DNA of 64,000 nt from a virus. Lineage: Duplodnaviria; Caudoviricetes. Both the position numbers and the translations under genes were made by a program. The stretch covers positions 64,001 through 128,000 of the IMG/VR virus record IMGVR_UViG_3300037851_000671; one strand, written 5' to 3'. Below the pieces are notes generated by a model. The model ran no database searches. It saw only the letters and a list, made by a program, of their open reading frames with translations, and had not been told where the DNA came from. Shown here piece after piece: positions 10,301 to 18,570 of this stretch (position 1 is its first letter; every line of letters starts with the position of its first letter).

Positions 10301-12398
10301 AAAATCTGACGGTCAGCAATTCTTTACAACCGATAACTATTTTGTAGAATCACTTACTTTCCAAGAGATTGTTGACAGAAGAAAAGACCTTCTTGTGTTG
10401 GCAAGGGCCTCTGTCACATTCTCTGGTGGATTACCAACAAGCGTATCGGTTACAGATGCCAGAAGATTCTCAACAAACGAAAGCATCAACCATTATTCGT
10501 GGTCTAACGATGATGGATACATGGCGTCGTTCAGGAACACTGATTCCATCGGTGTTTGGGTTGATGAATATGGAATATCAGAAATTGAACTAAGGTATCT
10601 AAAGATTACCGATACAACACCATCAATAAATATATCTGCGTCAAAACAACTAACAATCAAAGGCGGTTTGATTGAGGTTAATGCAAATAACGGTTTGACA
10701 ATTGGTACAAATATAAAACTTCAAAACGCAAAAATAGTATATGCACCAACGTCAACGTTTGTAGAAAATGATATTGTAAATGTTGTGAACAATAACGCGG
10801 CTGTATTTCTGACAGCCGGTTCCAACAACATGTCTATTGATAATTGTTATCTGTACTCAAGCACAAATAGAAGACCACCATACATTGCGATGTATTCTGG
10901 TTTTAGCAATAGAACGCTAGATGTGCAAATATCTAATAACAAGTTTGTTGACAACGGTTTGGCTAATTCGGATGTTGCGATAGCTGTCATAAATACAGAT
11001 CCGATGGGTGTAATGTTCCCAGCAATCAAAAACTGGATCATTGATAATAACACTGTAAGTTCAAAACAAACGTTATTGATAACATCAAAAACAAATCCAA
11101 ACCCTGTTGCTGTAGACGGAGAGATAACCAACATAAGCGGTGTATTGGTTGATAACGTAACAATTTCAAACAATATTTTTGGTGCTATCGCGTACTCCGT
11201 TATCGGTGATGGCCCTGGTCATTTCAAGATTAATAAAAACACAGCTGACGTGATATTGTCGGGTGTTGGTGCTACAATTCATCCAATTACGCATACCTAT
11301 GGGCTTGGCATCAACGAATTGTCACTAATGGGGGCGTATACAACAATCAGTGATAACAAAACAGGAACAATCAAAACAGAGGCTGTAAAAACAACGATAG
11401 TATCTGATAACATTGTTAACAAAGACGATGCCAATGTAACAATTACAAGATTTATTCCACTACAAACACAACAGTCTTACGGAATCACAATTCTACAAGA
11501 TGACGGTGATACCACATCAAAGGCGGTTTGTATTGGAAATGAGATAACAGGTTCGTTTGACCACCCAATCCACTTCATTGCTGGCGGAACGATTAGCGGG
11601 AACACCATCTCTGGTATTGCTACTGGTGGGTGTGGAATATACTCGGTTGGTGAAGAGCCTAACCAGATAACATCAATAAACGGAAACACAATACAGCGCG
11701 GTACCACAACAATCAGCGCATATATTTCCGCAAGTGATTCAACTGCAATTGTTGGAAACGCTTTTGACAAGTTTGGCGTTGGTGATGGGTATGGTGATGG
11801 GTATGTGGACGGATACTTCGGAGCTGATGGTTACACTATCATTGGTGGAAACTATGCGGCTCACAACATCAATCAGGTTGTAAAACAGGGCATCAATCTT
11901 CAGAATTCAATTCCTTTGATTGGTGCGGTTGACCACGTGTGGGTAAATGACCCTACAACATTTGAGGTTGCTGATATCAAGACTGCCAAAAACATATACT
12001 CAATAAATAACCTTGATATAATAAGCACTTGGACTTTCAACGGGTTCAGTGATGTAGCAGAAAGAGCCACGGCTGGTATATACATACCTCTCGATTCGTG
12101 GCTTCCAAGAGAGTCATTTGTGCTTGAGTTCTCATTTGGATGGAATATATCCCACGCTCCAACACAAGGTACACTCAATTTCTCATTCAATGGCGTTACA
12201 TTTCATTCTGTTGATTTGAGCGTTACGACAGCGGGTGCGGCAGTGTACTACAGTAATTATCTAGTGACAGGTTTGAGGCCACCGAACCCACAGTCAATTC
12301 GTAAGTTCATCAAGGTTTGGGTAACCGATCTGGTAACGGATACAATTCCGAAGCAAACAATCCAAATATCAAGTCCAAACATAACTTGGGCGTATTAA
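7329..12398 (+). CDS. Large fibre-like virion protein (1689 aa) with C-terminal beta-helix
   Basis: N-terminal YPQAIDD..INQLREAVFALE anchor pattern, HxAxxI..NVQQAL linkers, an NGIVRG..GGMAVVNG fibre module, Asn/Ile-rich beta-helix strands and 7 DGY motifs. Confidence 0.65.
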   Translation: MTVYPQAIDDDKTIIRIDDNLSDLGGISINQLREAVFALEKTIGTMVFGAKSSLTDRLAVSLNDDGTIRTEALQAVGLATLPITNSQVAPNAGILESKLSLSYSTGDLNTRLVSQLNQINNLNDLFIANRSNLGIHTAGGQFLVDGSTPARHVASQIDINAVPFDARDAAFVWTGIKDKYGNLRSATQVSQAIQQVNDDLVNHENLTTGAHPATAITVDATKFTTIYGASNVQQALEFLDDNETKSSGIDRATMGSNGIPRAARGQAFNLPDGYHINVVPPTPVVTFLAQPAHTAPRDSTTNGDDLVRFYPTDNTNYVFDSMFTNVVVGDIIRINYGNGIEGVFEIASIRLDAGLEWQVRINGYNLADGAGVARIDRPRFDTTTRGAFAVAMAPPDVNPDLGCATNASSVIVGSPRGAVAVGVGFDPNQLDKNHYALYLRLYPTGVPSVFVDLPGIDVTGNLGSTPGHYNLDIVVEETNKQLRKAGYNYRFIAFASKGEYGIMLADAINLASFSIITGTVDNTQVVVGSYISNVIGDATDGYDALGLGATRAGYASPAQSTYTNAQAAAGFSTRIIAPVKNRNGIINGVRRDFLANAGQTGVNDFWTATITNTNVDFAAGTVTVQYTVAADLATQELAVGKTLVVQPVTTPGTNVSDYGRFIIGSVTYSAGTTIISVINGVHGQGTAISPTLPVGAQVRLYFSNDSVSFDGLNLAGNGVDSNDFHRYHEVFVDQDSNTFAVERARMEKGGMTAGKLDTNLSGWRIRQVSPKLSGYRTGSGFNHWVRFVISSWNQTTGEFTGYLCEPSGTLVTKNKGPVVIGKKNHPVRFYDISGVNFIDIEYRENDISPGVVLLPDTTARYADIELFQSMTTDDEVFLLAGVSHNVKTITAVTDLREFGTLSERNFTDSAIRFIEAGERHLHANGIVRGFEYQSTVRGSLLFFAGGMAVVNGKFVAVDALNVKIPDINTTRSTTVQFFICVTELGQLKAVVKSDGQQFFTTDNYFVESLTFQEIVDRRKDLLVLARASVTFSGGLPTSVSVTDARRFSTNESINHYSWSNDDGYMASFRNTDSIGVWVDEYGISEIELRYLKITDTTPSINISASKQLTIKGGLIEVNANNGLTIGTNIKLQNAKIVYAPTSTFVENDIVNVVNNNAAVFLTAGSNNMSIDNCYLYSSTNRRPPYIAMYSGFSNRTLDVQISNNKFVDNGLANSDVAIAVINTDPMGVMFPAIKNWIIDNNTVSSKQTLLITSKTNPNPVAVDGEITNISGVLVDNVTISNNIFGAIAYSVIGDGPGHFKINKNTADVILSGVGATIHPITHTYGLGINELSLMGAYTTISDNKTGTIKTEAVKTTIVSDNIVNKDDANVTITRFIPLQTQQSYGITILQDDGDTTSKAVCIGNEITGSFDHPIHFIAGGTISGNTISGIATGGCGIYSVGEEPNQITSINGNTIQRGTTTISAYISASDSTAIVGNAFDKFGVGDGYGDGYVDGYFGADGYTIIGGNYAAHNINQVVKQGINLQNSIPLIGAVDHVWVNDPTTFEVADIKTAKNIYSINNLDIISTWTFNGFSDVAERATAGIYIPLDSWLPRESFVLEFSFGWNISHAPTQGTLNFSFNGVTFHSVDLSVTTAGAAVYYSNYLVTGLRPPNPQSIRKFIKVWVTDLVTDTIPKQTIQISSPNITWAY

Positions 12399-12403
12399 AT
12401 GCC

Positions 12404-12432
12404 AAAGGCCAGGGATGAAACCCTGGCCTTTT
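12404..12432. terminator. Probably bidirectional rho-independent terminator
   Basis: Perfect 11-bp stem AAAGGCCAGGG-atgaaa-CCCTGGCCTTT with A/T tracts on both sides, located between convergent genes. Confidence 0.85.
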
Positions 12433-12450
12433 AAATTTGCAATTTGTATT

Positions 12451-13143
12451 TCAAGGAGTGAGGCAACACCAACCGTTAAGTCCGGAAGCAATGGGGGTTT
12501 TTGCACACCTGGTGGCTGTAGAAGGAGGGGCTACACATTTGAAAGCTGCAAAGAAATATGCATAACCACCTTCGCTACAAAATGTTGGAAGATTCGATCC
12601 TGATGACGGTTCACAAGTACAACCGCCAGTACAAGTAGAAGGAACGTTAGCGGTATTTCCTGTATTATTGTTGCCGGCTACACTGCCACTTCCAGTTGTA
12701 TTTCCGGTTCCAGCTGTGTTGCCAGTATTTCCATTCCCAGATCCAGCATTGCCAGATCCAGCATTGCCGGTCCCTCCGCCGCCAGCATTGCCCGACCCTG
12801 TGTTGCCAACATTTCCAGTTCCAGCGTCACCGGATCCGGCCTCACCAGATCCTTTGTTACCGGATCCAGCATCACCAGATCCGTTGTTACCGGATCCTGC
12901 AATTATGGTGGGTTCTCCGGCAATATTGATAGGCATACCGGCAACACCTGGATTTTTACCAGCAATTACGGGTTCCTTGCCAGCGGCGGCGTTGTTTCCA
13001 GCATTTCCGTTTGAGACGTAATTTGCTGTATTGCCTGTATTTGGAGCTCCGGCGGGTTGCTCAACATCTGGCCTGGCCTCGAACCCTGGGCCTGAGCAAG
13101 CAACAGCTGAAAAGCAAAGGGCAGCGAGTATCAGCTTGTTCAT
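12451..13143 (-). CDS. Lipoprotein with Gly/Asn/Ser low-complexity linker and Cys-rich C-terminal domain
   Basis: Signal peptide MNKLILAALCFSAVA-C (lipobox Cys16), GSGNA(G)-type repeats, eight Cys in the last ~60 aa and an AGAGG RBS. Confidence 0.85.
   Translation of the reverse strand: MNKLILAALCFSAVACSGPGFEARPDVEQPAGAPNTGNTANYVSNGNAGNNAAAGKEPVIAGKNPGVAGMPINIAGEPTIIAGSGNNGSGDAGSGNKGSGEAGSGDAGTGNVGNTGSGNAGGGGTGNAGSGNAGSGNGNTGNTAGTGNTTGSGSVAGNNNTGNTANVPSTCTGGCTCEPSSGSNLPTFCSEGGYAYFFAAFKCVAPPSTATRCAKTPIASGLNGWCCLTP
12737..12900 (-). repeat. 15-nt and 30-nt tandem repeats encoding the GSGNA-type linker
   Basis: CCAGATCCAGCATTG occurs twice at 12737-12766. A 30-nt unit occurs twice at 12841-12900 (27/30 identical). 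Confidence 0.85.
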
Positions 13144-13184
13144 GTTATTTTCCTCTGGTTTGGTTGCTCAAGCTGTTGATTGCC

Positions 13185-13212
13185 AGTGTAACTCTTCTTG
13201 TTCGGATGTCAA
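13185..13212 (-). promoter_or_regulatory. Sigma70-type promoter for the lipoprotein gene
   Basis: Minus strand TTGACA-N16-TACACT, with the -10 box ending about 40 nt upstream of the lipoprotein ATG. Confidence 0.6.
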
Positions 13213-13373
13213 CGGGGTCTTTTCGTTTTACCTACACTGGAATAAGATGCTGAATCGCGTCATCTATGTTTGCTTCTGAATCGTTATCGAGAGCAATCAA
13301 GTGCTTAGCTAGCAGATATACACGAAAAGATGCCTGTCAAGGAACGTGGCGGCGAATATTTCCGCATACGACC

Positions 13374-14213
13374 ATGGTCAATCCAACAACCGGCATTCCT
13401 TCTTTTGGCACACCAGCCGTTGGCAACCTGGAAAGATCAGATCTCTACGGGATATACAACGTTGTCCAGAACACCCTGATGGCTTATCCGAAGGATTTGG
13501 TTGTCAGCGTGTTGAGAGACGAATTTAGTAAAGATTCGTATTATCATTTTGTTTTAGACGAATTCGGTTTCCCAAAAACCCCGGATCATACTGACATGCC
13601 ATTGGATGCTGGTTTCAATGACGATCAGACAACCAGAATTTTCATTGGGGAGCCTTGGAGATTTGATGTAATCCTGTATCCTGCAATTTTAGTGAAAATA
13701 ACCTCAGCCAAATACGTACCAATCTCGATGAGTAGAAATAAGTATGTAGTTGAGTATGATAGGCAGTTATTTGCAGATGGATATGGAAACTACAAAGAAG
13801 TTATGACGCCTTTGTATTACGATGTTGCTGGTGTGTGGGAAGGCAACATGCAGATTGATATTATTGATCGTGACATACTTTCTAGGGATAATCTAGTAAG
13901 TCTAGTGATGTTGATGCTTGCTGATGTGAAGTATGAAAACTTCAGGAAAGCTGGTTTGGTATTGAAACCACCATCTCTTAGCGGTTTGACTGAGGGAGAT
14001 GACAGACAGCAAGAAAAAATATACAAGGCAACAATAAGTGTTGATTACAGAACAGAGTGGCGCAGGCTCATCCCTATAGAGAAGATTGTTGATAAAATCA
14101 ATGTTTGTCTGGAATTTGGCCAGATTGTTAACAATCAAGTAACCGGGCCAACCAATCCAAACTTTGATATCAACATAAGCCTTAGCATTCTTGATCAAAT
14201 AGAGAACTTGTAA
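13374..14213 (+). CDS. Tail terminator/tail completion protein
   Basis: YPAILVK..WEGNMQIDII..RDNLVSLV pattern, directly upstream of the sheath. Start placed at ATG 13374 rather than the 13266 track start. Confidence 0.55.
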   Translation: MVNPTTGIPSFGTPAVGNLERSDLYGIYNVVQNTLMAYPKDLVVSVLRDEFSKDSYYHFVLDEFGFPKTPDHTDMPLDAGFNDDQTTRIFIGEPWRFDVILYPAILVKITSAKYVPISMSRNKYVVEYDRQLFADGYGNYKEVMTPLYYDVAGVWEGNMQIDIIDRDILSRDNLVSLVMLMLADVKYENFRKAGLVLKPPSLSGLTEGDDRQQEKIYKATISVDYRTEWRRLIPIEKIVDKINVCLEFGQIVNNQVTGPTNPNFDINISLSILDQIENL

Positions 14214-14214
14214 C

Positions 14215-14280
14215 GCATAACCAAGCATAGTTTTGAGGCTTAGCGTGTAAGGGTAATAATTGAGCATAACACCAAGCATA
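14215..14280 (+). promoter_or_regulatory. Imperfect direct repeat upstream of the sheath gene
   Basis: GCATAACCAAGCATA (14215-14229) and GCATAACACCAAGCATA (14264-14280) in a 105-nt intergenic gap. Confidence 0.4.
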
Positions 14281-14318
14281 ACCCACTTCAACATGGCAAG
14301 CATTTTTAGGAGAGTCTG

Positions 14319-16796
14319 ATGGCGGCAAATATAGAAGGAGCTTCTAGAGCAGTACCTGGAACATACACAAGAACCGAAACCCTGCAAAGAGGGGTTAGTG
14401 TTCCTGCTGGTGCCCGTATTGCAATGATCATGGGCGAAGGTTTGACCCAGGAAACGCTGGTCGGATCGGCCAACGGAAATGGCAATGACGGTTTCAATTC
14501 AACCTACACATCAACAACAGGTTCTGATGGACGTCACTTCCTTCTTGGTCGTGGATCCGTAACCGTTGCCCCTGTGATTGAAAACAGGTCTCGTCTTTTC
14601 AAGAATGGAGTTGAGTTATCCGTTCTTGAGGGTGTAATAGATAACGCTGCGTTTGACAGTAGGTTTGATGCCAAGCTGGATCCGCTTACCGGACAGATTG
14701 TTCTTCAAGCTGCCAGACTTGTCGATCAGGGTGGAAGTCTATACAAGGCCTCTCTATCCAACGTAGGAACAGGAACCATCCAGAACCTTCAGCTTGTTGA
14801 TGTCAATGCGCCGCCAGAGACTTGGACCATCAGATGCTCAAGTGTTCGTAGAGATGGGTATGGAAACCCAATAGATGGTTATGCTAAATTCATTGCTCGT
14901 GGTTCTGTCAGCGGTTTGATTCTTGATGGTTATGGAAACCAGATTACATGGCAGTCAAACGGCACGGTAGTCTCTAACGGAATTCTCAGCTTCTCTATCG
15001 TAGAGGGTTTGATCAAGTTCCAAGAGGGAGATTCGTTTACGCTGGCCACAACAGCTGGAGCGTTGGTAGCTGGAGACTCTTTGAGTGCCAGGTACATCCC
15101 AGAGATATACCTAGAAGACCCAGAGTTTTTCACTGACTTGAATCAGTTGGTAGCCAAGCATGGTCAGCCAAGCACCACAGACGGAAGGCTGTCTTTGGGA
15201 GCGCAGTTGGCATTTGCTAACGGAACGCCAGGAGTATTTACACTACAGACAAAGCCATCATTGCCACGTAGAATTTCGTATTCTCTGGTAACTTCGGCTT
15301 CTGGTCTGACAAGCATTGACGACCTTACATTCGAGCTTCCGCTGAATGTGGTACCAGACGCTGACAGTAATATCAACTTCTTTGTAACGAACCCAATATC
15401 CAAGGCTGAGACACAGGTCATACCAAACAAGGTATCATTCTTCGACCCAACAATCACAGCCAACCCAGCATCGTTTGTGTACGGAGCATATAGCTGGTCA
15501 TACACGGTCATTCTTGATGACTCGGTACCAAAGCAGGGAATAGATGGTGTTTTGACTGTCACCGGCCCAACAACGGCTACATTGTCCAGTTTGACGGTGG
15601 CGTTTGACTCAAGCGATGTTTCTGTAACAAGAACGGTCAAGATCTATGACTCTCTGAATGGAAATGACGGAACGTATGCGATAGCCAGCGTAAGTGGTGG
15701 AGTGATGACGCTCTACAGTGGAACAGGATTTGGAACAAACGAAACAGGAGTTAGATTCGATGTTTTGGATTCCTCGGCACAGAGCTCAAAAATCTTGTTT
15801 ACACAGGATCTGGCACTGGCACTAGGCTCAGCTCTTAGGGCAACTGTAGTGGATGTCAAAGACGCACCGTTCTTTGATGCTGGATGGTTGGATGCATTTG
15901 CAGCGGCCGAGAAGGTCACTGTACAGATGATTGTACCACTTCCTGCACAAACAATCTCTGCAATCTTCCAGAACGGCAAGGTACACGTAGAGAAGATGAG
16001 TGATATCAGGAACAAGAATGAAAGAGTTCTTTTGATAGGAGCCATCAACGGTTTGACACCAGAAAACATCACTGGACAGAAGCCAGCAGCTGTTGAGGAC
16101 ATTGGTATCCTTGAGGGTATCCAGGGAGACAGCGTATCTGAGATTCTGGCCGGAAACACCGAAGATCTAGCTAACTACTCTATCTTTGATAACTACGGTG
16201 ACAGCTACCGCGTATTCTACTTCTACCCTGACCAGATTGTTGTTCAGATTGGAGCTGACAACGTTATAGTTGATGGTTTCTTCATGGCGGCAGCAGCGGC
16301 TGGATACTTCTCCGGCAACTCCTCTATCAACGAGCCATTGACCAACAAGAGGCTGTCAGGATTCTCTATTCTGCGTAACCGTTTGTACTCACCAATCGTA
16401 CAAGAGAACATTGTAAATAGCGGCGCAACCCTACTGGTACCAGTTGCCGGTGGTGGTCGCGTAATCTGGGGTAAGACAACCACGATAAGCCTGGCTGCGG
16501 AAGAGCAGGAGATGAGCATCATCTTCATTCGTGACTCTATTGCCAGCTCTATGCGTAGGGCGTTCCTGCCATACATTGGTCGCCCAGAGAGCCCAACATT
16601 CCAAACATCTCTATATGCAGTAGCCCAAGGGTTGATGCAGAGCTTCATTGAGCAGAGACTGATCACAGCCTACGCAGGTTTGACAGTGAAGCGTGATGAT
16701 GTTGAGCCAAGACAGTGGAATATAACGGTTGCAGTACAGCCTACATATCCTGTCAACTGGATTTACATCAAGATTAATGTTGGAAGGCTGGATTAA
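14319..16796 (+). CDS. Contractile tail sheath protein
   Basis: N-terminal VPGTYTRTE and a typical sheath C-terminus (EMSIIFIRD..YIGRP..NITVAVQPTYPVNWIYIKINV), followed by the tube gene. Confidence 0.92.
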   Translation: MAANIEGASRAVPGTYTRTETLQRGVSVPAGARIAMIMGEGLTQETLVGSANGNGNDGFNSTYTSTTGSDGRHFLLGRGSVTVAPVIENRSRLFKNGVELSVLEGVIDNAAFDSRFDAKLDPLTGQIVLQAARLVDQGGSLYKASLSNVGTGTIQNLQLVDVNAPPETWTIRCSSVRRDGYGNPIDGYAKFIARGSVSGLILDGYGNQITWQSNGTVVSNGILSFSIVEGLIKFQEGDSFTLATTAGALVAGDSLSARYIPEIYLEDPEFFTDLNQLVAKHGQPSTTDGRLSLGAQLAFANGTPGVFTLQTKPSLPRRISYSLVTSASGLTSIDDLTFELPLNVVPDADSNINFFVTNPISKAETQVIPNKVSFFDPTITANPASFVYGAYSWSYTVILDDSVPKQGIDGVLTVTGPTTATLSSLTVAFDSSDVSVTRTVKIYDSLNGNDGTYAIASVSGGVMTLYSGTGFGTNETGVRFDVLDSSAQSSKILFTQDLALALGSALRATVVDVKDAPFFDAGWLDAFAAAEKVTVQMIVPLPAQTISAIFQNGKVHVEKMSDIRNKNERVLLIGAINGLTPENITGQKPAAVEDIGILEGIQGDSVSEILAGNTEDLANYSIFDNYGDSYRVFYFYPDQIVVQIGADNVIVDGFFMAAAAAGYFSGNSSINEPLTNKRLSGFSILRNRLYSPIVQENIVNSGATLLVPVAGGGRVIWGKTTTISLAAEEQEMSIIFIRDSIASSMRRAFLPYIGRPESPTFQTSLYAVAQGLMQSFIEQRLITAYAGLTVKRDDVEPRQWNITVAVQPTYPVNWIYIKINVGRLD

Positions 16797-16826
16797 TTTC
16801 AACTTCGATGAACTAAAAGGTGAACA

Positions 16827-17489
16827 ATGGCATACCCTCATACAGGATCTATTCTAACAGCAGGTGGCGACAATAAAGGCGCCAACACAACCCGCACCTC
16901 AGTAAGCACCAATATCATCATCGTTGTTGATGGAAATCCGGTGGGTGCGATAAAGCAAATCAGCATCAACGAACAGCGTACCATTGAGCAGATCAAGGAA
17001 ATTGGCACTGATGGTAGCGTTGACTCTGTTCCAAAGTCAGCCACCAAGATAACTGGTGACTGTCAGCGTGTAAGGTTTGATAACCTTCGCGTGGCAACAG
17101 CGTTCTCCCGTGGCTTCGTTCACGTAGCCGCCCAGCGCGTACCGTTTGACATTCTGATATTGGATATCTTTGGTGCTACAGAAGATGAGCAAGGAAACAT
17201 TGACCCATCAGGTGTTGTTACTACCGTTTTGAAAAATGTGTGGATTAACAAACTTGATACAAGATACAACTCTGATGATTACATAATCACAGAAGGCATG
17301 GGCTTTGAAGCTGAGTTCATCTACAGCTATGTTGGAAACGGACAATCTGCAACCAATGCAGTCAGCGCTCGTCCTCTCAACTTCATTGACAACGATCCAT
17401 TCGAGAAACAGGCGGATCTTGGAAAGAGGCGTGGAGCGTTGGATGCAGCTGGACTTATCAATGTTGTGGATTCTATTGCTACAACCTGA
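16827..17489 (+). CDS. Tail tube protein
   Basis: IIIVVDGNPVGAIKQISINEQRTIEQIKEIG..ITGDCQRVRF pattern, immediately after the sheath. Confidence 0.8.
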   Translation: MAYPHTGSILTAGGDNKGANTTRTSVSTNIIIVVDGNPVGAIKQISINEQRTIEQIKEIGTDGSVDSVPKSATKITGDCQRVRFDNLRVATAFSRGFVHVAAQRVPFDILILDIFGATEDEQGNIDPSGVVTTVLKNVWINKLDTRYNSDDYIITEGMGFEAEFIYSYVGNGQSATNAVSARPLNFIDNDPFEKQADLGKRRGALDAAGLINVVDSIATT

Positions 17490-17502
17490 TATATGACAGT
17501 GT

Positions 17503-18237
17503 ATGGGAAAGATTAGAAGTTCAGTTAGTTCTCCAATATCAGAACCTCAGGGAATTCCAAACGTTTCCAAAAGGGTTTTTACAGTACCAGACGGTCATGG
17601 ATCAGATGACGATATACCTCCGGAGAGGAATTTTGTAACCTCCGGAGGTAAACGTTTTGAGCTTCCAGAGGGTGCAAGACAGATTTCTCCTGGTGAGTTT
17701 CATGAGACCAGAAGCCGCATGCAACAAATGGCGGAACAACCCAAACAAGCTCAGTTGCAAGAGGCTAAAACAAGGGTTGAAATTATAACTGGTATTGGTA
17801 GAAAAACAAAGGATGTTCCTGTTGATATGGGGAACGGACAGGTAACCACATTCTCTATCAGAACATTGAAAGGCAAGGAGCATTTTGCGCTTGCTGAGGT
17901 TATTGAGGGTTCAAAGACAATTAGGACCCATGATGGCGAAATGATGATGACGATCACAAGCGCCTATGACATACGTATTGAGACATTGAAGCATGCGTTG
18001 TATGCTATTGATGGTGTTGATATCAATGTTGTTCTTGGTGTGTCTGCAAGACCGCTGGAAGAACAACTAGCTGCAAGAGAGGACTTGCTCCATGATATGG
18101 ATGATGCCTTTACAAAGAAATTGTACAAGACATATGAAGAACTTTTGCAGGATATTGCGGACAAATTCGGTGTGAAGAACGAAAAAGACGCAAAGGAGTT
18201 GGCCGAAGCCATAAATAAAAGTGGCGAGGCTCCCTGA
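17503..18237 (+). CDS. Tail assembly chaperone (G-like)
   Basis: Position between tube and tape measure, FSIRTLKGKE pattern and acidic helical C-terminus. Confidence 0.6.
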   Translation: MGKIRSSVSSPISEPQGIPNVSKRVFTVPDGHGSDDDIPPERNFVTSGGKRFELPEGARQISPGEFHETRSRMQQMAEQPKQAQLQEAKTRVEIITGIGRKTKDVPVDMGNGQVTTFSIRTLKGKEHFALAEVIEGSKTIRTHDGEMMMTITSAYDIRIETLKHALYAIDGVDINVVLGVSARPLEEQLAAREDLLHDMDDAFTKKLYKTYEELLQDIADKFGVKNEKDAKELAEAINKSGEAP

Positions 18238-18565
18238 GCATCAGTTCCTATTCTTTCTTGTAGAGCTGTTTAGAAAGCCTCCTGACGATCCTTTTTATGA
18301 GCATATTAACCCATATTTGAAGATATGGTTGTATGAGTGCTGGATACACAAACAGGAAGTTGAAATAAAGCGAATGAGAGATCACGCTTTGTTCATAGGC
18401 TCATTCTCTAACCCAGAGGCTGCTAACAAATACTACAAACTTGAAAATCCGGACTTCAAATCAACAGACGAAGAAGAAACGGCCAAGATGGTTCGCAAGC
18501 AGATTTTGGAAGAGGAGAAGCAAAAATCCGGCAAGGGAAGAAAACGTCGCAAACTTGTTAGGTGA
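18221..18565 (+). CDS. Second tail assembly chaperone ORF (T-like), possibly expressed by frameshift
   Basis: Overlaps the end of the preceding gene in the +1 frame, has a GTG start with no nearby SD, and lies directly before the tape measure. Confidence 0.55.
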   Translation: MARLPEHQFLFFLVELFRKPPDDPFYEHINPYLKIWLYECWIHKQEVEIKRMRDHALFIGSFSNPEAANKYYKLENPDFKSTDEEETAKMVRKQILEEEKQKSGKGRKRRKLVR

Positions 18566-18570
18566 TTAGA

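Noticed and set aside
12668-13021. Pro-rich (PDP-repeat) ORF on the + strand
   Set aside because: It is the antisense shadow of the Gly-rich repeats of the lipoprotein, which has the signal peptide, RBS and promoter.
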